From a virus (Duplodnaviria > Caudoviricetes), in the IMG/VR virus record IMGVR_UViG_3300031509_000052, positions 1 to 58,326 of that record: 58,326 nt of DNA; one strand, given 5' to 3'. The first letter of the stretch is position 1; the number at the start of each line of letters is the position of its first letter. Below are positions 9,253-19,558 of this stretch, piece after piece. Position numbers and translations under genes: made by a program. Below the pieces are notes generated by a model. That model did not search any database. It saw only the letters and a list, made by a program, of their open reading frames with translations, and was not told the DNA's origin.

Positions 9253-9950
9253 TGATGGCGTACACGATCGTCGAAGCGCGTGCGAACATCCGGGCCGTTT
9301 TCCAGAATCTCGGCGAGCGGGCGGTGCTTGACGAGACGCTCGATGTGGCGATCTCCAGCGGCCTCCGGCGGCTTTCGTACGACCGCCCGGCAGTAACCGA
9401 GGTCACTCTTGCCGCGCCGGTCCAGCCTGACTACCCGCTCTCCACGCTCACCGGCTGGACCGATGGCTTCAGCTCCATCCGCGAGATCCGCGTCGCGCCT
9501 GTAACCGGCCGCATTTACGACCCGGCCGTCCTCGACCCGCGCGACTACCGGGTTGTCGGCAACCGCCTGTACATCGGCGACCCGTCCAGCCCCTCCGGCC
9601 TCGTGGTCGAGTTCACCGTCCCGTGGACTGTTGCCGGGGTCGACGGCGCTTCCTCCACCACGCTTGCGCCGCACCTCGAATCCGCCCACCTGTGGATCTC
9701 CTGCCACTTCCTCGCGCTCGCCATGGCCGCGAAGATGGCCGGGACTACGGACCGCCAGCTGCAGGCCGACTTCATCAACTTCCGCACCCGCTCCGACGAC
9801 TACCGCGCGATCGCCAAGGAGTACGAGGAGAACTACCGCTCTGAGCTCGGCTTCTACGGCAAAGCGGCCGCGCCGGTCATCTCCTCGTCGCCGGCCTACC
9901 GCTACTCCTCCTCCTCCCAGTACCCGGTCCGCCGGCAGGTGCGCATCTGA
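9252..9950 (+). CDS. Head-tail adaptor/connector
   Basis: Position and size; helical N- and C-termini. Confidence 0.55.
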   Translation: MMAYTIVEARANIRAVFQNLGERAVLDETLDVAISSGLRRLSYDRPAVTEVTLAAPVQPDYPLSTLTGWTDGFSSIREIRVAPVTGRIYDPAVLDPRDYRVVGNRLYIGDPSSPSGLVVEFTVPWTVAGVDGASSTTLAPHLESAHLWISCHFLALAMAAKMAGTTDRQLQADFINFRTRSDDYRAIAKEYEENYRSELGFYGKAAAPVISSSPAYRYSSSSQYPVRRQVRI

Positions 9951-10429
9951 TGAACACGCGACCCATTGCCGAGGCTATCGCCGCCGAACTTGAAGCTGCT
10001 GTCCCGGACATCCCGGTCTTCATCGGCTACCCGCGCGCCGAGACCATCGGCGAAGTCGCCGTCTCCCACACCGACCCCGAGGGCCGCGTGGCCTGCATCT
10101 ACGTCGCGCGGGAGCGCAGCCTCCCGATGACCTCGGAAACCGACCGCGGCCGCGTCCCCATCGGCTGCCAGGTCCACTGGAACCACACCTTCGAAATCGG
10201 GTTCTTCGTCTCCGAGTTCGGCGACCAGCAGGACTACCTCCAGTCCAGGGTCGACCAGATCCTCGACCACTTCCAGTCTGTCCGCACGCTCAACGATCTC
10301 GTCTTCGGCATTGCCCGCCCGCTGACCCTGAACCGCATCGGCGCGGCTGAGATGTGGGGAATCGGCGGCTGGCTGGCCCATTTCGAGCTGACGGTCTACG
10401 CGATCGAGACGGGGGTGACACCGACCTGA
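9950..10429 (+). CDS. Putative tail terminator/completion protein
   Basis: 159 aa upstream of tail tube. Confidence 0.5.
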   Translation: MNTRPIAEAIAAELEAAVPDIPVFIGYPRAETIGEVAVSHTDPEGRVACIYVARERSLPMTSETDRGRVPIGCQVHWNHTFEIGFFVSEFGDQQDYLQSRVDQILDHFQSVRTLNDLVFGIARPLTLNRIGAAEMWGIGGWLAHFELTVYAIETGVTPT

Positions 10430-10491
10430 TGTGTCTCTGCGGTGTGGACATCAGCTCGATAAAAGCGGCATACTACGCGATGGGAGGTACC

Positions 10492-10713
10492 ATGCAAGAA
10501 GAAGTGCGCCTCTATATCAAACCTGGTATCAGGAGCGTCAGCGCGGGCGAGGCTGGTGTCTTCGACGCCTCGCTCTCCTCGGACAACTCCGTCCTCGTCC
10601 GGCCTGATGTTGCTGAGTACCTCCTTGCGAACATGCCCGGCGTCTTCAGCCGCGTGCCGTTCGCAAAGCCGCCGAAAAACACGCCGGTTTCTGGCTCCAA
10701 GGAGAATGACTGA
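10492..10713 (+). CDS. Hypothetical protein
   Basis: ggagg SD before ATG 10492; TGATG coupling to tail tube. Confidence 0.55.
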   Translation: MQEEVRLYIKPGIRSVSAGEAGVFDASLSSDNSVLVRPDVAEYLLANMPGVFSRVPFAKPPKNTPVSGSKEND

Positions 10714-11660
10714 TGTCGCAGGCACGTTCCTTCCAGTACAAGATCGCACTTGCCAAGGAGACCACGTGGGGGACCGGCGTTACTCCGACGGTCACGTTCC
10801 CCATCATGAACGGCTCCGGCACGCCGCAGCTCCCGGCCACGTACGATGATGGGAAGCGCGGCCTCCCGACCGCGGACTTCAACGCGCTGCTTGACGCCGG
10901 GCAGGGCGAACTCAGCTTCGAAGGCTGGGTCTACCCGACGACCATCGGCCATGCGCTGGTCGGGCTTTTCGGCTCCGATGCCGTTACCGGCTCGGCCGAC
11001 CCCTACACCCACACCTTCTCGCAGGTCGCGGACGTGCCCTCCTTCACCTTCGAGGAGACCTACCTCTCCGGGACGAACGGCGGCGTCCGCTATACCGGCT
11101 GCCGCTTCTCGTCCCTCCGCCTCTCGTGGGACGCGGCCAGCGGCGCGCTCCAGTACTCGGCGCAGGTGACCGGCAGGATCCCCACGGTCGTCACCCCGGC
11201 CAACCCCGCCATCACTGAAGAAGATCCCTTCGAAGGCTGGCGGGCCTCCATCACCAGCACCGGCCTCACCTCGCCCTGCGTCGTCACCCAGGGCGAAATC
11301 AACATCACCCGCGAGCTGCAGGTCGTCCACACCGGCTGTGACGACCGCAACCCGTCCTTCATTCTCGTCGGCCCGATGCGCATTGAAGGCTCGCTGCAGG
11401 TTGCCTTCACGAACATGGCGCTGTTCAACCTGTTCCTGAACGGCACCCGCCAGTCCTTCACGCTCACCTTCTCGAAGGGTTCGCCGGTCCGCGAGCTGAA
11501 GATCACCTGCTCGGACGCCTTCTTCGGCGCGAACCCGCCGGAGTGGGACCGCGGCGGTGTCGGCACATTCATGCGCCTTTCCTTCCGCGGGTTGTACAAT
11601 ACTACAGACGCTGGCAGCTGCGTCGTCACCCTCAGGAACGGCCAGGCCACCGCGTACTAG
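10713..11660 (+). CDS. Tail tube (major tail) protein
   Basis: IALAKETTWGT start, PYTHTF, PSFTFE, YTGCRFSSL motifs of tail tube proteins. Confidence 0.8.
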   Translation: MSQARSFQYKIALAKETTWGTGVTPTVTFPIMNGSGTPQLPATYDDGKRGLPTADFNALLDAGQGELSFEGWVYPTTIGHALVGLFGSDAVTGSADPYTHTFSQVADVPSFTFEETYLSGTNGGVRYTGCRFSSLRLSWDAASGALQYSAQVTGRIPTVVTPANPAITEEDPFEGWRASITSTGLTSPCVVTQGEINITRELQVVHTGCDDRNPSFILVGPMRIEGSLQVAFTNMALFNLFLNGTRQSFTLTFSKGSPVRELKITCSDAFFGANPPEWDRGGVGTFMRLSFRGLYNTTDAGSCVVTLRNGQATAY

Positions 11661-11686
11661 CAGTAAGACAAGGAGCACGCCATTTC

Positions 11687-12145
11687 ATGTGGAAGACCGT
11701 CGTCTTCAACGTCGGGCGCGATCTGCAACTCGACCCGCCGAACAGTGAAGCCACCGTGCGGATTGTCCCGCTCGAGTGGCTTCCCAACCGCGTGCAGGTG
11801 GAACTCCTCGCACAGATCTCCGAGGCCGACGCGGCCGCCCGCGCGGCTGCGGAGCGCGAGGCCTACGCCGAGTCCGCGGCGATCAACCTCAAGATGATGT
11901 CGCGGGTTCTGCCGCAGCTCATCAAGTCGTGGACGCTCGTCGACCCGGACACCGGCCAGCCGCTGCCCGTCGACGGCGATTCGCTGGGCTCCCTTCCCAC
12001 GTCCATCCTCACCGCCATCTTCTCCAAGGCCATCGGCGCGGATGAGCAGAGGGATGAGTCCGGCATCCCTTTAGTGAACGCGACGCCGTCAGAGCCCTCA
12101 TCTTCGGCCCCGACACCTCTGCCGTCCAGCGTGTCTGGGCTCTAG
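11687..12145 (+). CDS. Tail assembly chaperone (gpG-like)
   Basis: After tail tube; IKSWTLVD..GQPLP motif; aaggag SD. Confidence 0.75.
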   Translation: MWKTVVFNVGRDLQLDPPNSEATVRIVPLEWLPNRVQVELLAQISEADAAARAAAEREAYAESAAINLKMMSRVLPQLIKSWTLVDPDTGQPLPVDGDSLGSLPTSILTAIFSKAIGADEQRDESGIPLVNATPSEPSSSAPTPLPSSVSGL

Positions 12146-12414
12146 CCCAGCTCGCTGCGGCCGAGGGCAAGGAGATTGACCCGGCGGCTCTGGAGGAGGC
12201 TCTCCAGCAGGCGCGCCCCGCAAACCTCCCAGCGCCCGATTGGCTGATAGCGGCGGAGTGCATCCGCCGCTATCATTGGACTGAGAAGCAATACTGGGAT
12301 GAGATGAGCGCGGGCATGGTCGCGCGCGTTCTTTTTCTCGAATCCCTGTATGCTGAACGCGAGGCCAAGGCGGCAAAGGAGGCGCAAAGTGCCTACCCCG
12401 GGGTTCGACGTTGA
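12067..12414 (+). CDS. -1 frameshift extension of tail chaperone (gpGT-like)
   Basis: In-phase slippery heptamer C CCT TTA at 12067-12073; the -1 frame is open to TGA 12412-12414. Confidence 0.75.
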   Translation, partial: PFSERDAVRALIFGPDTSAVQRVWALAQLAAAEGKEIDPAALEEALQQARPANLPAPDWLIAAECIRRYHWTEKQYWDEMSAGMVARVLFLESLYAEREAKAAKEAQSAYPGVRR

Positions 12415-12985
12415 TGCTGGCATCGCGTACACGCTGAGTCTTGATGTCTTCAAGCAGGGCTACGACAAGAAGCTCTTTGCGATTAGCAGCAAGATCACCT
12501 CTGAGAAGACATTTTTGGTTGAGCGCATCTACGCTGAGCTGCGCAACGCTGTCATGGCCTCCTACCAGGGCTTCCCGATGCCCGGGAGAAAACTCCCGCT
12601 CATCGACACCGGCCAGTGGGGCTCGGGGCTGTACTTCTGGGTCCAGCCGCAGCTCGGCGTGATCAAAGTCTGGAACAACACCTACTACGCGCCGATTATC
12701 GAGAAGCGCGCGCGGCCGCACCTCCCGCCGATCACGGTCATCGCGGAGTGGGCTCAGCGGAAGCTCGGCCTCCCGCGGCGGAAGGCCGGCGGGTTCGCCG
12801 CCTACCTCCGCAAGAAGTACAGCAGGTACGGCCGCGCGGCCTCGCCCATCCTCGGCCTCACCGTCCTCGCGATTGTCAACCCAGAGAGCGGACGCATGCT
12901 GCCGCCTGCCCGCGCCACCCGCAGGCTCCTCCGCGAATACTTCGTGGAGTTCGCTGAGCACGTCCTGCGCATCAGCAAGAGGTAA
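12389..12985 (+). CDS. HK97 gp10-like neck/tail-completion protein (basic)
   Basis: PLIDTGQW..VWNNTYYAPIIE..RPHLPP..IAEWAQRK pattern; aaggagg SD before GTG. Confidence 0.55.
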   Translation: MPTPGFDVDAGIAYTLSLDVFKQGYDKKLFAISSKITSEKTFLVERIYAELRNAVMASYQGFPMPGRKLPLIDTGQWGSGLYFWVQPQLGVIKVWNNTYYAPIIEKRARPHLPPITVIAEWAQRKLGLPRRKAGGFAAYLRKKYSRYGRAASPILGLTVLAIVNPESGRMLPPARATRRLLREYFVEFAEHVLRISKR

Positions 12986-12996
12986 GGGACTGAGAG

Positions 12997-15900
12997 ATGC
13001 CTGTAGGAGGCGGCGGCGTTGACGACCGATACACAGCCGAGTTCGTAATCGACACGACTGCGGCTGAGGCGGCTATCAAACGCCTTCGCGGCGAGCTGAA
13101 CCGCCTTGACGGCGTCATGCGCAACGTCAGCCCGGCTGTGCGCAACGCCACGCGGCAGGCCCGCGTCCTTACCGAGCGCGCGCTTCGCGACCTCAGCACC
13201 GAGGCCCTGCCCCGCCCTTCGCGCAAGAAGGGCGAAGACGAAGACCCGTACCGTCACCTCCGCGCCTCCCTTTACCAGCTCAATAAGGACTTCAACACGG
13301 TCGCGAGGGCTGGCGGTCTCGGCGCTGCGGAGATCGAGAACTTCGGCAAGCGCATTGACCGCATTTACTACAAGAACCAGCAGCTTATCCAGTCCAACAG
13401 CGCCCTGTTCAGCAGCTTCCGCAAACAGCGCGCGGCTATTGCTGAACTTGCCCAGTGGCTGCATCGGATTGAGCAGGTCGGGCTGGAACTCAACATGGCC
13501 GAGCAGGTCATGGCAGAGGCCCGCGAGATCGAGCGTACCCAGCAGCGGGCTCTCGCCGCACAGCGCCGTTATGAGGCGGAGAACGAGCGTATTGCGCGGC
13601 AGATGCGCCGCACGCTCGAAGCGGAGCAGAAGGCCCGCATCGAGGCGGAAAAGCGCGCCCTCGCGGAACAGGAGCGCATCCGCGCAAAGCAGATGCAGCT
13701 TGCGCGGGAGCGGCAGAAGCAGGCTGAGCGCGAACTGGCGGCCGCGCTCCGCATCTACGAGCAGATGAAGCGCATCCAGCCGGATCTCGTAATGCCGGCT
13801 GCGCTGCAGGGCTATGTCCGCAGGCAGCAAAAGAAGACTCCCACGTATACGCGGCTGGTCGACGAGATCCAGCGGGCTATGAGCAGCGCCGAGGCTGCGG
13901 CAGCTTCCGGCGGCGGCAGAGGAGGCGGCGGCGTCACGGGGCCCTATAGACCGGTCGCTTCTTCCGCAGAGCCGCCGCGCAGGCGCGGCATCGTTCCGCT
14001 CCACGGCAAGGACCGCATACGTGGCCAGGCGATGCCTGAGCGCACGCAGGAGCAGGCCAGGGCTCTCCTGAAGCTCTCCAGCGCGGCCCAGGGCGTCATG
14101 GTCGGCATGGGCCTCGCGCATGGCTCGGTGATGAACCTCGCCTTCAGCTTCATCTTCCTCTCCTACGGGATTGTGAAGCTTGTGGCGCTTTTTGCTGCCC
14201 TGACTGCTGCGGTTGTCACGCTGAAAAAGCTTCTCTATGACCTCCCCAAGGCCGCGCAGGCGGTTGGGCAGGCCTTTGAAGCGACCGGCCAGCAGATGGC
14301 GTCGTTCCTCCGCAGCGCCCAGATGGCTTGGGATGTTATGGAGCAGGGGCGGATCATCGCCGAGAACTACGGCGTTGCGATCGATGATGCCCGACAGGCC
14401 GTTTTCGAGCTCACGAAAGTCAACCAAGCCCAAGCTCCTGTTATCGAGGCCCTGCTCAACGCCTCCGCCGCGACCGGCCGGGCGTTCTCCGATGTGGCCC
14501 GCCAGTACGCTGATATCCTCCGCGCCTCGAACGAGCAGCGTTCTAACCTCGTGCAGCAGTTCGCGAAGGACATGGACATCGCCGTCCGTGACTACGCGAA
14601 CACTGTTGAACTCATCACTGCGATAAACGAACGGTTCGCGGGTGCCGCCGAGGCCCAGGCCCAGACAACCGCCGGCATGATCGGCCGCATGCGGGCATAC
14701 ATCAGCTCGCTGATGACCGATATAGGAATCATTGTCAATGAAGCCATCAAGCCGGTCATCGCTATTTTCGCCGGCTTCTTCCAGGGGATGTCCAAGGGCT
14801 TCCGCTCTGCTATGGAAGCGGCGAAGGCAAGCGGCAAGCTGAGCAAAGAGCTTCAGGAAGTCCGGGCGGCCGCTTCGGCGCTTCTGCCGAAGATGGCTGA
14901 GCTCGGCTACGTGATCGGCCGTGCGCTCTTCGGCGCGATCATGCTCGTCGTCCGCGCGATCAAAGTCTTTCTCGATGTGTTGCGGGCCGCGGTGAACGCG
15001 CTCAAGTGGATCATTGACCAGATCCGCTCTGTTGCGCAGATCCTGAAGAAAGAAGGCATCGAGCCGTTCCTCGACGCCCCGCCCGTTGTCACTGGCGTTG
15101 TCACGGCGATCATCAAGGCGCTTACGCACCTGATCAAATACATCGCTGATGACTTCCTGAAGCTCCTCCGCTCAGCTATCGATGACATCGCGAAGGGGCT
15201 CGGGAAGCTCAGCTCCGTCTTCGACGATGTTGTCAAGGGGCTCGGCAAGGCCACTAAAGGCGCGGCCGACGATGCCGGCAAGGGCCTGAAGCCGCTCGCT
15301 ACGCTGTTCGATGACATCGTCAAGGGGCTCGGAAAAGGCGTCTCGAAGGCCGTTACCGTCATAGACGACTTTTTCCGCGCGCTGATGAAAAACCCCAAGG
15401 GCGCACTCGATGACGTCGGCAAGGGGTTCCGCGGCCTGGCGGACAACCTCATCTCCAGCGCTGATGACATGGTCCGCGGTGTTATCCCGGCGCTGAAGAG
15501 CGTCAGCAGCAGCATCGGCTCGTTCGCTGACGACCTCGGCCGCGGCATCGTCCGCACAATGAGCAGCGGCAGCTTTGACGACGTTATCCGCGGCTTTTTC
15601 AGCGGCCTCGGCAACGCCTTCCGCACCGCTTCCTCCACCGCCACCAGCCTCTTCGACGATATCGGCCGCGGCATTTCCAGCGCGTTCAAGAGTGCGCTCA
15701 CCATCACGAGCGGTCTTGATGATATCGCCCGGGGCCTCTGGGGCTCGCTGAAAGCTGTCTTCGCCGTACCGAAGGAGATTTTCAAGGGGCTCGTCTCCGG
15801 TCTCAAGAGCGGCCTCATCATCGCGCTCATTGAGGCGGTGACGCTCAAGGGGGTCGACCAGCTCCCAATCTCTGAACAGTTGAAAACGTCCATCAGCGGC

Positions 15901-17298
15901 GTGGCCCAGATGGCATTCCTCGGAGCTGGACTCGGCACGATCTTCGGCCCTGCCGGGATAGCTATTGGTGCTGGACTCGGCGCGGCGATCGGCCTCGGAC
16001 TCGAAGCCGTAAAGCCGGGCCTCGCCAAAGAGATGATGGACAAGCTCAATGGGGCCATCGGCGGCGCGCTGGAGGGCGTCATCACCTTCACCCGCGAGAA
16101 GATCATCCCGTGGAGCAAGGAGTTCATCCAGGGATTCGTTGGGATCGGCGGCGAAGCTGATACGGCCGCGCAGAAGCTCGGCCAGAACTTCCGCGAGGGC
16201 GCAGACAAGGCCGCTGAGGCCTTGGGGCGGGCGACGCTTGCGGTCGGCGACTTTACTGTGAAAGCCGGCAAGCTGGCGGTTGATATCGGCTCGCACGCTG
16301 ACGACGCGTGGCGCAAGCTCAAGGAGATCCTCGGCGTTATCGGCGACTACATCAAGACCCGCTTCGGCCCGACGTGGGAGCGCCTCTCCACGTTCTTTGT
16401 GCAGGAACTTGTCCCCGCGATGAAGGAGACCTACGGCTGGTTCAAGGAAAACATCTGGCCGATTCTCAAGGGCCTTGCTGAGTTCATCGTCAAGGACGTC
16501 ATGCCGGTTCTTGGGAAACTCGCCCTCTGGTTCGGCGAGAAAATCCTCAAAGCCCTCGGTATACTCATCGACTTCGGCATTAAGGTCGCGCTGAAGTGGT
16601 TCAACGACTTCTTCGACTTCTTCAAAGAATACGGCTGGCCGGTGCTGAAGTTCACCATCGAGCAGATCGGCAACCTTGTTGAAATCATCATCGATGTCGG
16701 CAAAGCCATCTACGAAAAGGCTGAGCCGTACATCAAAGCCATTTGGGACTTCCTGAAGAACAAGCTCGGGCCGGTCATCAATGACGTGGTCGAGTTCGGC
16801 CTCAAGGCGATGAAGAGAGTTCTTGACGAGATCGCAGACATGCCTACGCCGTTTGGTATGCTCAAGGCAGCGCTTGATGGCATCAAATCGGTGGTAGAGA
16901 CCATTTGGAATACTCTGCAGAAGATCAAGGACTTCGACATTGGGAGCATCGCGAAGAAGATTCCCGGGGCCGGCATGCTGGGCAGGATCGACATCTACCC
17001 GTTCAGCAAGGGCGGCATTGTCCGCGGCCCATACCCGGGCGACACCGTCCCGGCCATGCTCAGCCCCGGCGAGGTTATCCTCAACGCCGCCCAGCAGCGC
17101 AACCTTGTCGGCCTCATGGCGGCCCTTGCCGCCTCGCCTCGTGATACCGGCGGAGGCGGCACGCTGATCATCAACGTCAGCCTCCCGAACAGCGTTGTGG
17201 CCGATGAGTCCTCTATGAACGCCCTGGCCGGCCGCGTGGCTGATGCCATCACAGCGCGTCTCGGGAGCGGCCGAAAGTTCACCTACCACAGGGTTTGA
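12997..17298 (+). CDS. Tape measure protein
   Basis: 1433 aa helical protein; FDDI-x-KGL repeats and W/F-periodic repeats; C-terminal FSKGGIV..DTVPAMLSPGEVILN. Confidence 0.9.
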   Translation: MPVGGGGVDDRYTAEFVIDTTAAEAAIKRLRGELNRLDGVMRNVSPAVRNATRQARVLTERALRDLSTEALPRPSRKKGEDEDPYRHLRASLYQLNKDFNTVARAGGLGAAEIENFGKRIDRIYYKNQQLIQSNSALFSSFRKQRAAIAELAQWLHRIEQVGLELNMAEQVMAEAREIERTQQRALAAQRRYEAENERIARQMRRTLEAEQKARIEAEKRALAEQERIRAKQMQLARERQKQAERELAAALRIYEQMKRIQPDLVMPAALQGYVRRQQKKTPTYTRLVDEIQRAMSSAEAAAASGGGRGGGGVTGPYRPVASSAEPPRRRGIVPLHGKDRIRGQAMPERTQEQARALLKLSSAAQGVMVGMGLAHGSVMNLAFSFIFLSYGIVKLVALFAALTAAVVTLKKLLYDLPKAAQAVGQAFEATGQQMASFLRSAQMAWDVMEQGRIIAENYGVAIDDARQAVFELTKVNQAQAPVIEALLNASAATGRAFSDVARQYADILRASNEQRSNLVQQFAKDMDIAVRDYANTVELITAINERFAGAAEAQAQTTAGMIGRMRAYISSLMTDIGIIVNEAIKPVIAIFAGFFQGMSKGFRSAMEAAKASGKLSKELQEVRAAASALLPKMAELGYVIGRALFGAIMLVVRAIKVFLDVLRAAVNALKWIIDQIRSVAQILKKEGIEPFLDAPPVVTGVVTAIIKALTHLIKYIADDFLKLLRSAIDDIAKGLGKLSSVFDDVVKGLGKATKGAADDAGKGLKPLATLFDDIVKGLGKGVSKAVTVIDDFFRALMKNPKGALDDVGKGFRGLADNLISSADDMVRGVIPALKSVSSSIGSFADDLGRGIVRTMSSGSFDDVIRGFFSGLGNAFRTASSTATSLFDDIGRGISSAFKSALTITSGLDDIARGLWGSLKAVFAVPKEIFKGLVSGLKSGLIIALIEAVTLKGVDQLPISEQLKTSISGVAQMAFLGAGLGTIFGPAGIAIGAGLGAAIGLGLEAVKPGLAKEMMDKLNGAIGGALEGVITFTREKIIPWSKEFIQGFVGIGGEADTAAQKLGQNFREGADKAAEALGRATLAVGDFTVKAGKLAVDIGSHADDAWRKLKEILGVIGDYIKTRFGPTWERLSTFFVQELVPAMKETYGWFKENIWPILKGLAEFIVKDVMPVLGKLALWFGEKILKALGILIDFGIKVALKWFNDFFDFFKEYGWPVLKFTIEQIGNLVEIIIDVGKAIYEKAEPYIKAIWDFLKNKLGPVINDVVEFGLKAMKRVLDEIADMPTPFGMLKAALDGIKSVVETIWNTLQKIKDFDIGSIAKKIPGAGMLGRIDIYPFSKGGIVRGPYPGDTVPAMLSPGEVILNAAQQRNLVGLMAALAASPRDTGGGGTLIINVSLPNSVVADESSMNALAGRVADAITARLGSGRKFTYHRV

Positions 17299-17301
17299 TG
17301 C

Positions 17302-18615
17302 ATGGCGTTCGAACTCTTCATCAACGGCGCTGACTTTACCGACTACTTCGTGCGGCAGTCCCTCGTGGTCACTGAGGCCCTGCAGGCGAACGGCCAGACC
17401 ATGCAGTTGCAGATTGTCCTCCCGACCAGCTCCTCGCTCACGCCGCCGCAGGGTGGGAACGAGATCGTCTTCCTCAAGGACGGCGGCAAGGAGTTCGCCG
17501 GCCGCATCAACCGCGTCGAGCAGCTCGCGCCTATCAACTCGCAGGTCAACACCTACGCGCTGGACTGCGTGGACTACACGGCGGACCTCGACCGCGTTCT
17601 CATCCAGACGGACATTGCGCCGGGCACGGCCGGCGACGCGGTCCGCACTGTCCTCGCGCTCGTCGGCAACGGCTTCACCTCGAACAACGTCGTCAACGGC
17701 CCGCAGCTTCAGAAGATCGAGGTCCGGTACGAGTCCCCGTCGTCGGTCATCTCGCGGATCGCGGAGTCCATCGAGCACCAGTGGTACGTGGACTACGACC
17801 GTGATGTCAATTTCTTCTTCATCCTCGACAGGCCGGCCCCGCTCGATACCGTCAACCTCGACACCGATACGGACACCTACTTCAACTGCGTGGTCTCCGA
17901 GGACTGGTCGCAGGTCAAGAACGTCATCTACCTGACAGGCGCGAAGGCGAAATCCTCCAACACCTACACCCAGTCGTTCACCGGCAACGGCTCGATTCGA
18001 TTTTTCCCGCTCGCGTATGAGCCATGGTCGCTCTCCACCACGACGGTCAAAATCAACAACGTCACCCAGAACCTCCTCCTTGACAGTGTCGACGGGTTCG
18101 CCGGCTCCTCCGACACAGCCCCGCCGAACAGCGCGTATCTTTGTCTGGATAACTGGGGCGTGCGCACCCCAGACAACCAATCACCCCCCGGCAACGGCGT
18201 CCCGGTGAACATCACCTACGCCTATGCCTACGAGCCGGTCATCGTCGTCGAAGACCCGGACAGCATCGCCCTCATGCAGCAGCGGGAGAACACCCCTACC
18301 GCACCGTCAGACGGCCGCCACATGTTCAAGTTCAACGTCCCCGACATGCGGGTGGAGTCCGAGGAGACCATCTACGAGTACGGCCTGCTCCTGCTTCGCC
18401 GTTACGCAAAACCGATCCTCACCGTGCGCTTCAGCTCGTGGTTCCAGGGCTGGCGGGCCGGCCAGAACTTCCACGTCTACTCCTCGCCCACCATGCGCAA
18501 CGTCGATACTCAAGTCTTCATCAAAAGCGTCTCGAAGCGTATCCTGAAGTCAAGCGACGGCCAGGCGCGGCTCTTCTACGACGTGACCGCGACGAACTCG
18601 CCGTTCCCAGGATAA
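17302..18615 (+). CDS. Tail tip/hub protein
   Basis: Follows TMP; FAGRI, WYVDYDRDVNFF hub-like motifs. Confidence 0.65.
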   Translation: MAFELFINGADFTDYFVRQSLVVTEALQANGQTMQLQIVLPTSSSLTPPQGGNEIVFLKDGGKEFAGRINRVEQLAPINSQVNTYALDCVDYTADLDRVLIQTDIAPGTAGDAVRTVLALVGNGFTSNNVVNGPQLQKIEVRYESPSSVISRIAESIEHQWYVDYDRDVNFFFILDRPAPLDTVNLDTDTDTYFNCVVSEDWSQVKNVIYLTGAKAKSSNTYTQSFTGNGSIRFFPLAYEPWSLSTTTVKINNVTQNLLLDSVDGFAGSSDTAPPNSAYLCLDNWGVRTPDNQSPPGNGVPVNITYAYAYEPVIVVEDPDSIALMQQRENTPTAPSDGRHMFKFNVPDMRVESEETIYEYGLLLLRRYAKPILTVRFSSWFQGWRAGQNFHVYSSPTMRNVDTQVFIKSVSKRILKSSDGQARLFYDVTATNSPFPG

Positions 18616-18619
18616 GCAC

Positions 18620-19558
18620 GTGGCTGGAATCGAAGACCTCGACCGCCTGAACCGCATGGTGTCGAACCTGTACACCGCGGCGTTCGAGAAGCAGCCGGTA
18701 GGCCAGAACGCCGTCTTCAAGCTCTCTGTGACATCCCGCGAAACGGTCGCTGTCAACGAGGGCGACCAGCCCTATATGCTGGGCTCTGCGTCTACCGGCC
18801 GCGCGTATACCCCGCTCACCACGACGAACTACTCCTACAGCACCGGTTACTCCGGGACGGGCCGAAGCTCGATTACCGCTGAGTTCTTCAAGGCGCCCTC
18901 TGCTCCGAACGGTTTCTGGGTCGCGGCCCGTGTCGTGCCGTACTGGACCGACTCCTCGCCTCCGCCCGGCCAAACCCACGCAACCCTCATCTCGTACGCA
19001 AACGTCTACTGCGGCTATAACTTCTCCACTAAGGCGTGGGAGGTCAACATCTACGGCCAGTCCACCGGGCCGTCTGTCCCCACCTCCTACACCACAAGCG
19101 GCACAGTCACCGACGTCCGGGCGGCGGCTTACCACAGCGCCAGCAACACGGTACTCAGCCTCTGGGTCAACAACAACCCGCTGGTCCAGGTCACGCTCTC
19201 GGGCAACCTGATCAGCACAGGCACAACGGTGACGATCGGCAACGAGCCGAACAGCAGCTATAACCGGCCGCTCCAGGCTGGGATCCGGGTTATAGCCGGC
19301 GGCCCGCCCCCGCCGCCCGCTACTGAAGCCGCGGACTTTCCCAGCTCGAACCTGAAGCAGCTCGGTGTGTACGAGGTCAAGGAGCGCTACGTCTTTGCTT
19401 TTATGACCCAGCCAAACGTCTCAACCAGCACGCTCTACGGTCCCTGCACCTTCCTCTGGCAGGGCGGCTGGTCTGGTACAATCAGCCCTGGCTTCTACGC
19501 GCCTATCAGCAATACGGCGTGGCAGGGCGACCGCTACGGGGAGTGCTATGCTGGATGA
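18620..19558 (+). CDS. Minor tail protein (possible lectin/LamG-like domain)
   Basis: Ser/Thr-rich beta sequence, LSLWVNN..TVTIGN. Confidence 0.5.
   Translation: MAGIEDLDRLNRMVSNLYTAAFEKQPVGQNAVFKLSVTSRETVAVNEGDQPYMLGSASTGRAYTPLTTTNYSYSTGYSGTGRSSITAEFFKAPSAPNGFWVAARVVPYWTDSSPPPGQTHATLISYANVYCGYNFSTKAWEVNIYGQSTGPSVPTSYTTSGTVTDVRAAAYHSASNTVLSLWVNNNPLVQVTLSGNLISTGTTVTIGNEPNSSYNRPLQAGIRVIAGGPPPPPATEAADFPSSNLKQLGVYEVKERYVFAFMTQPNVSTSTLYGPCTFLWQGGWSGTISPGFYAPISNTAWQGDRYGECYAG

Noticed and set aside
2798-18180. Long antisense ORFs (e.g. 2798-5194, 6077-8509, 15172-18180)
   Set aside because: Shadow ORFs expected opposite GC-rich genes; no motifs or SDs
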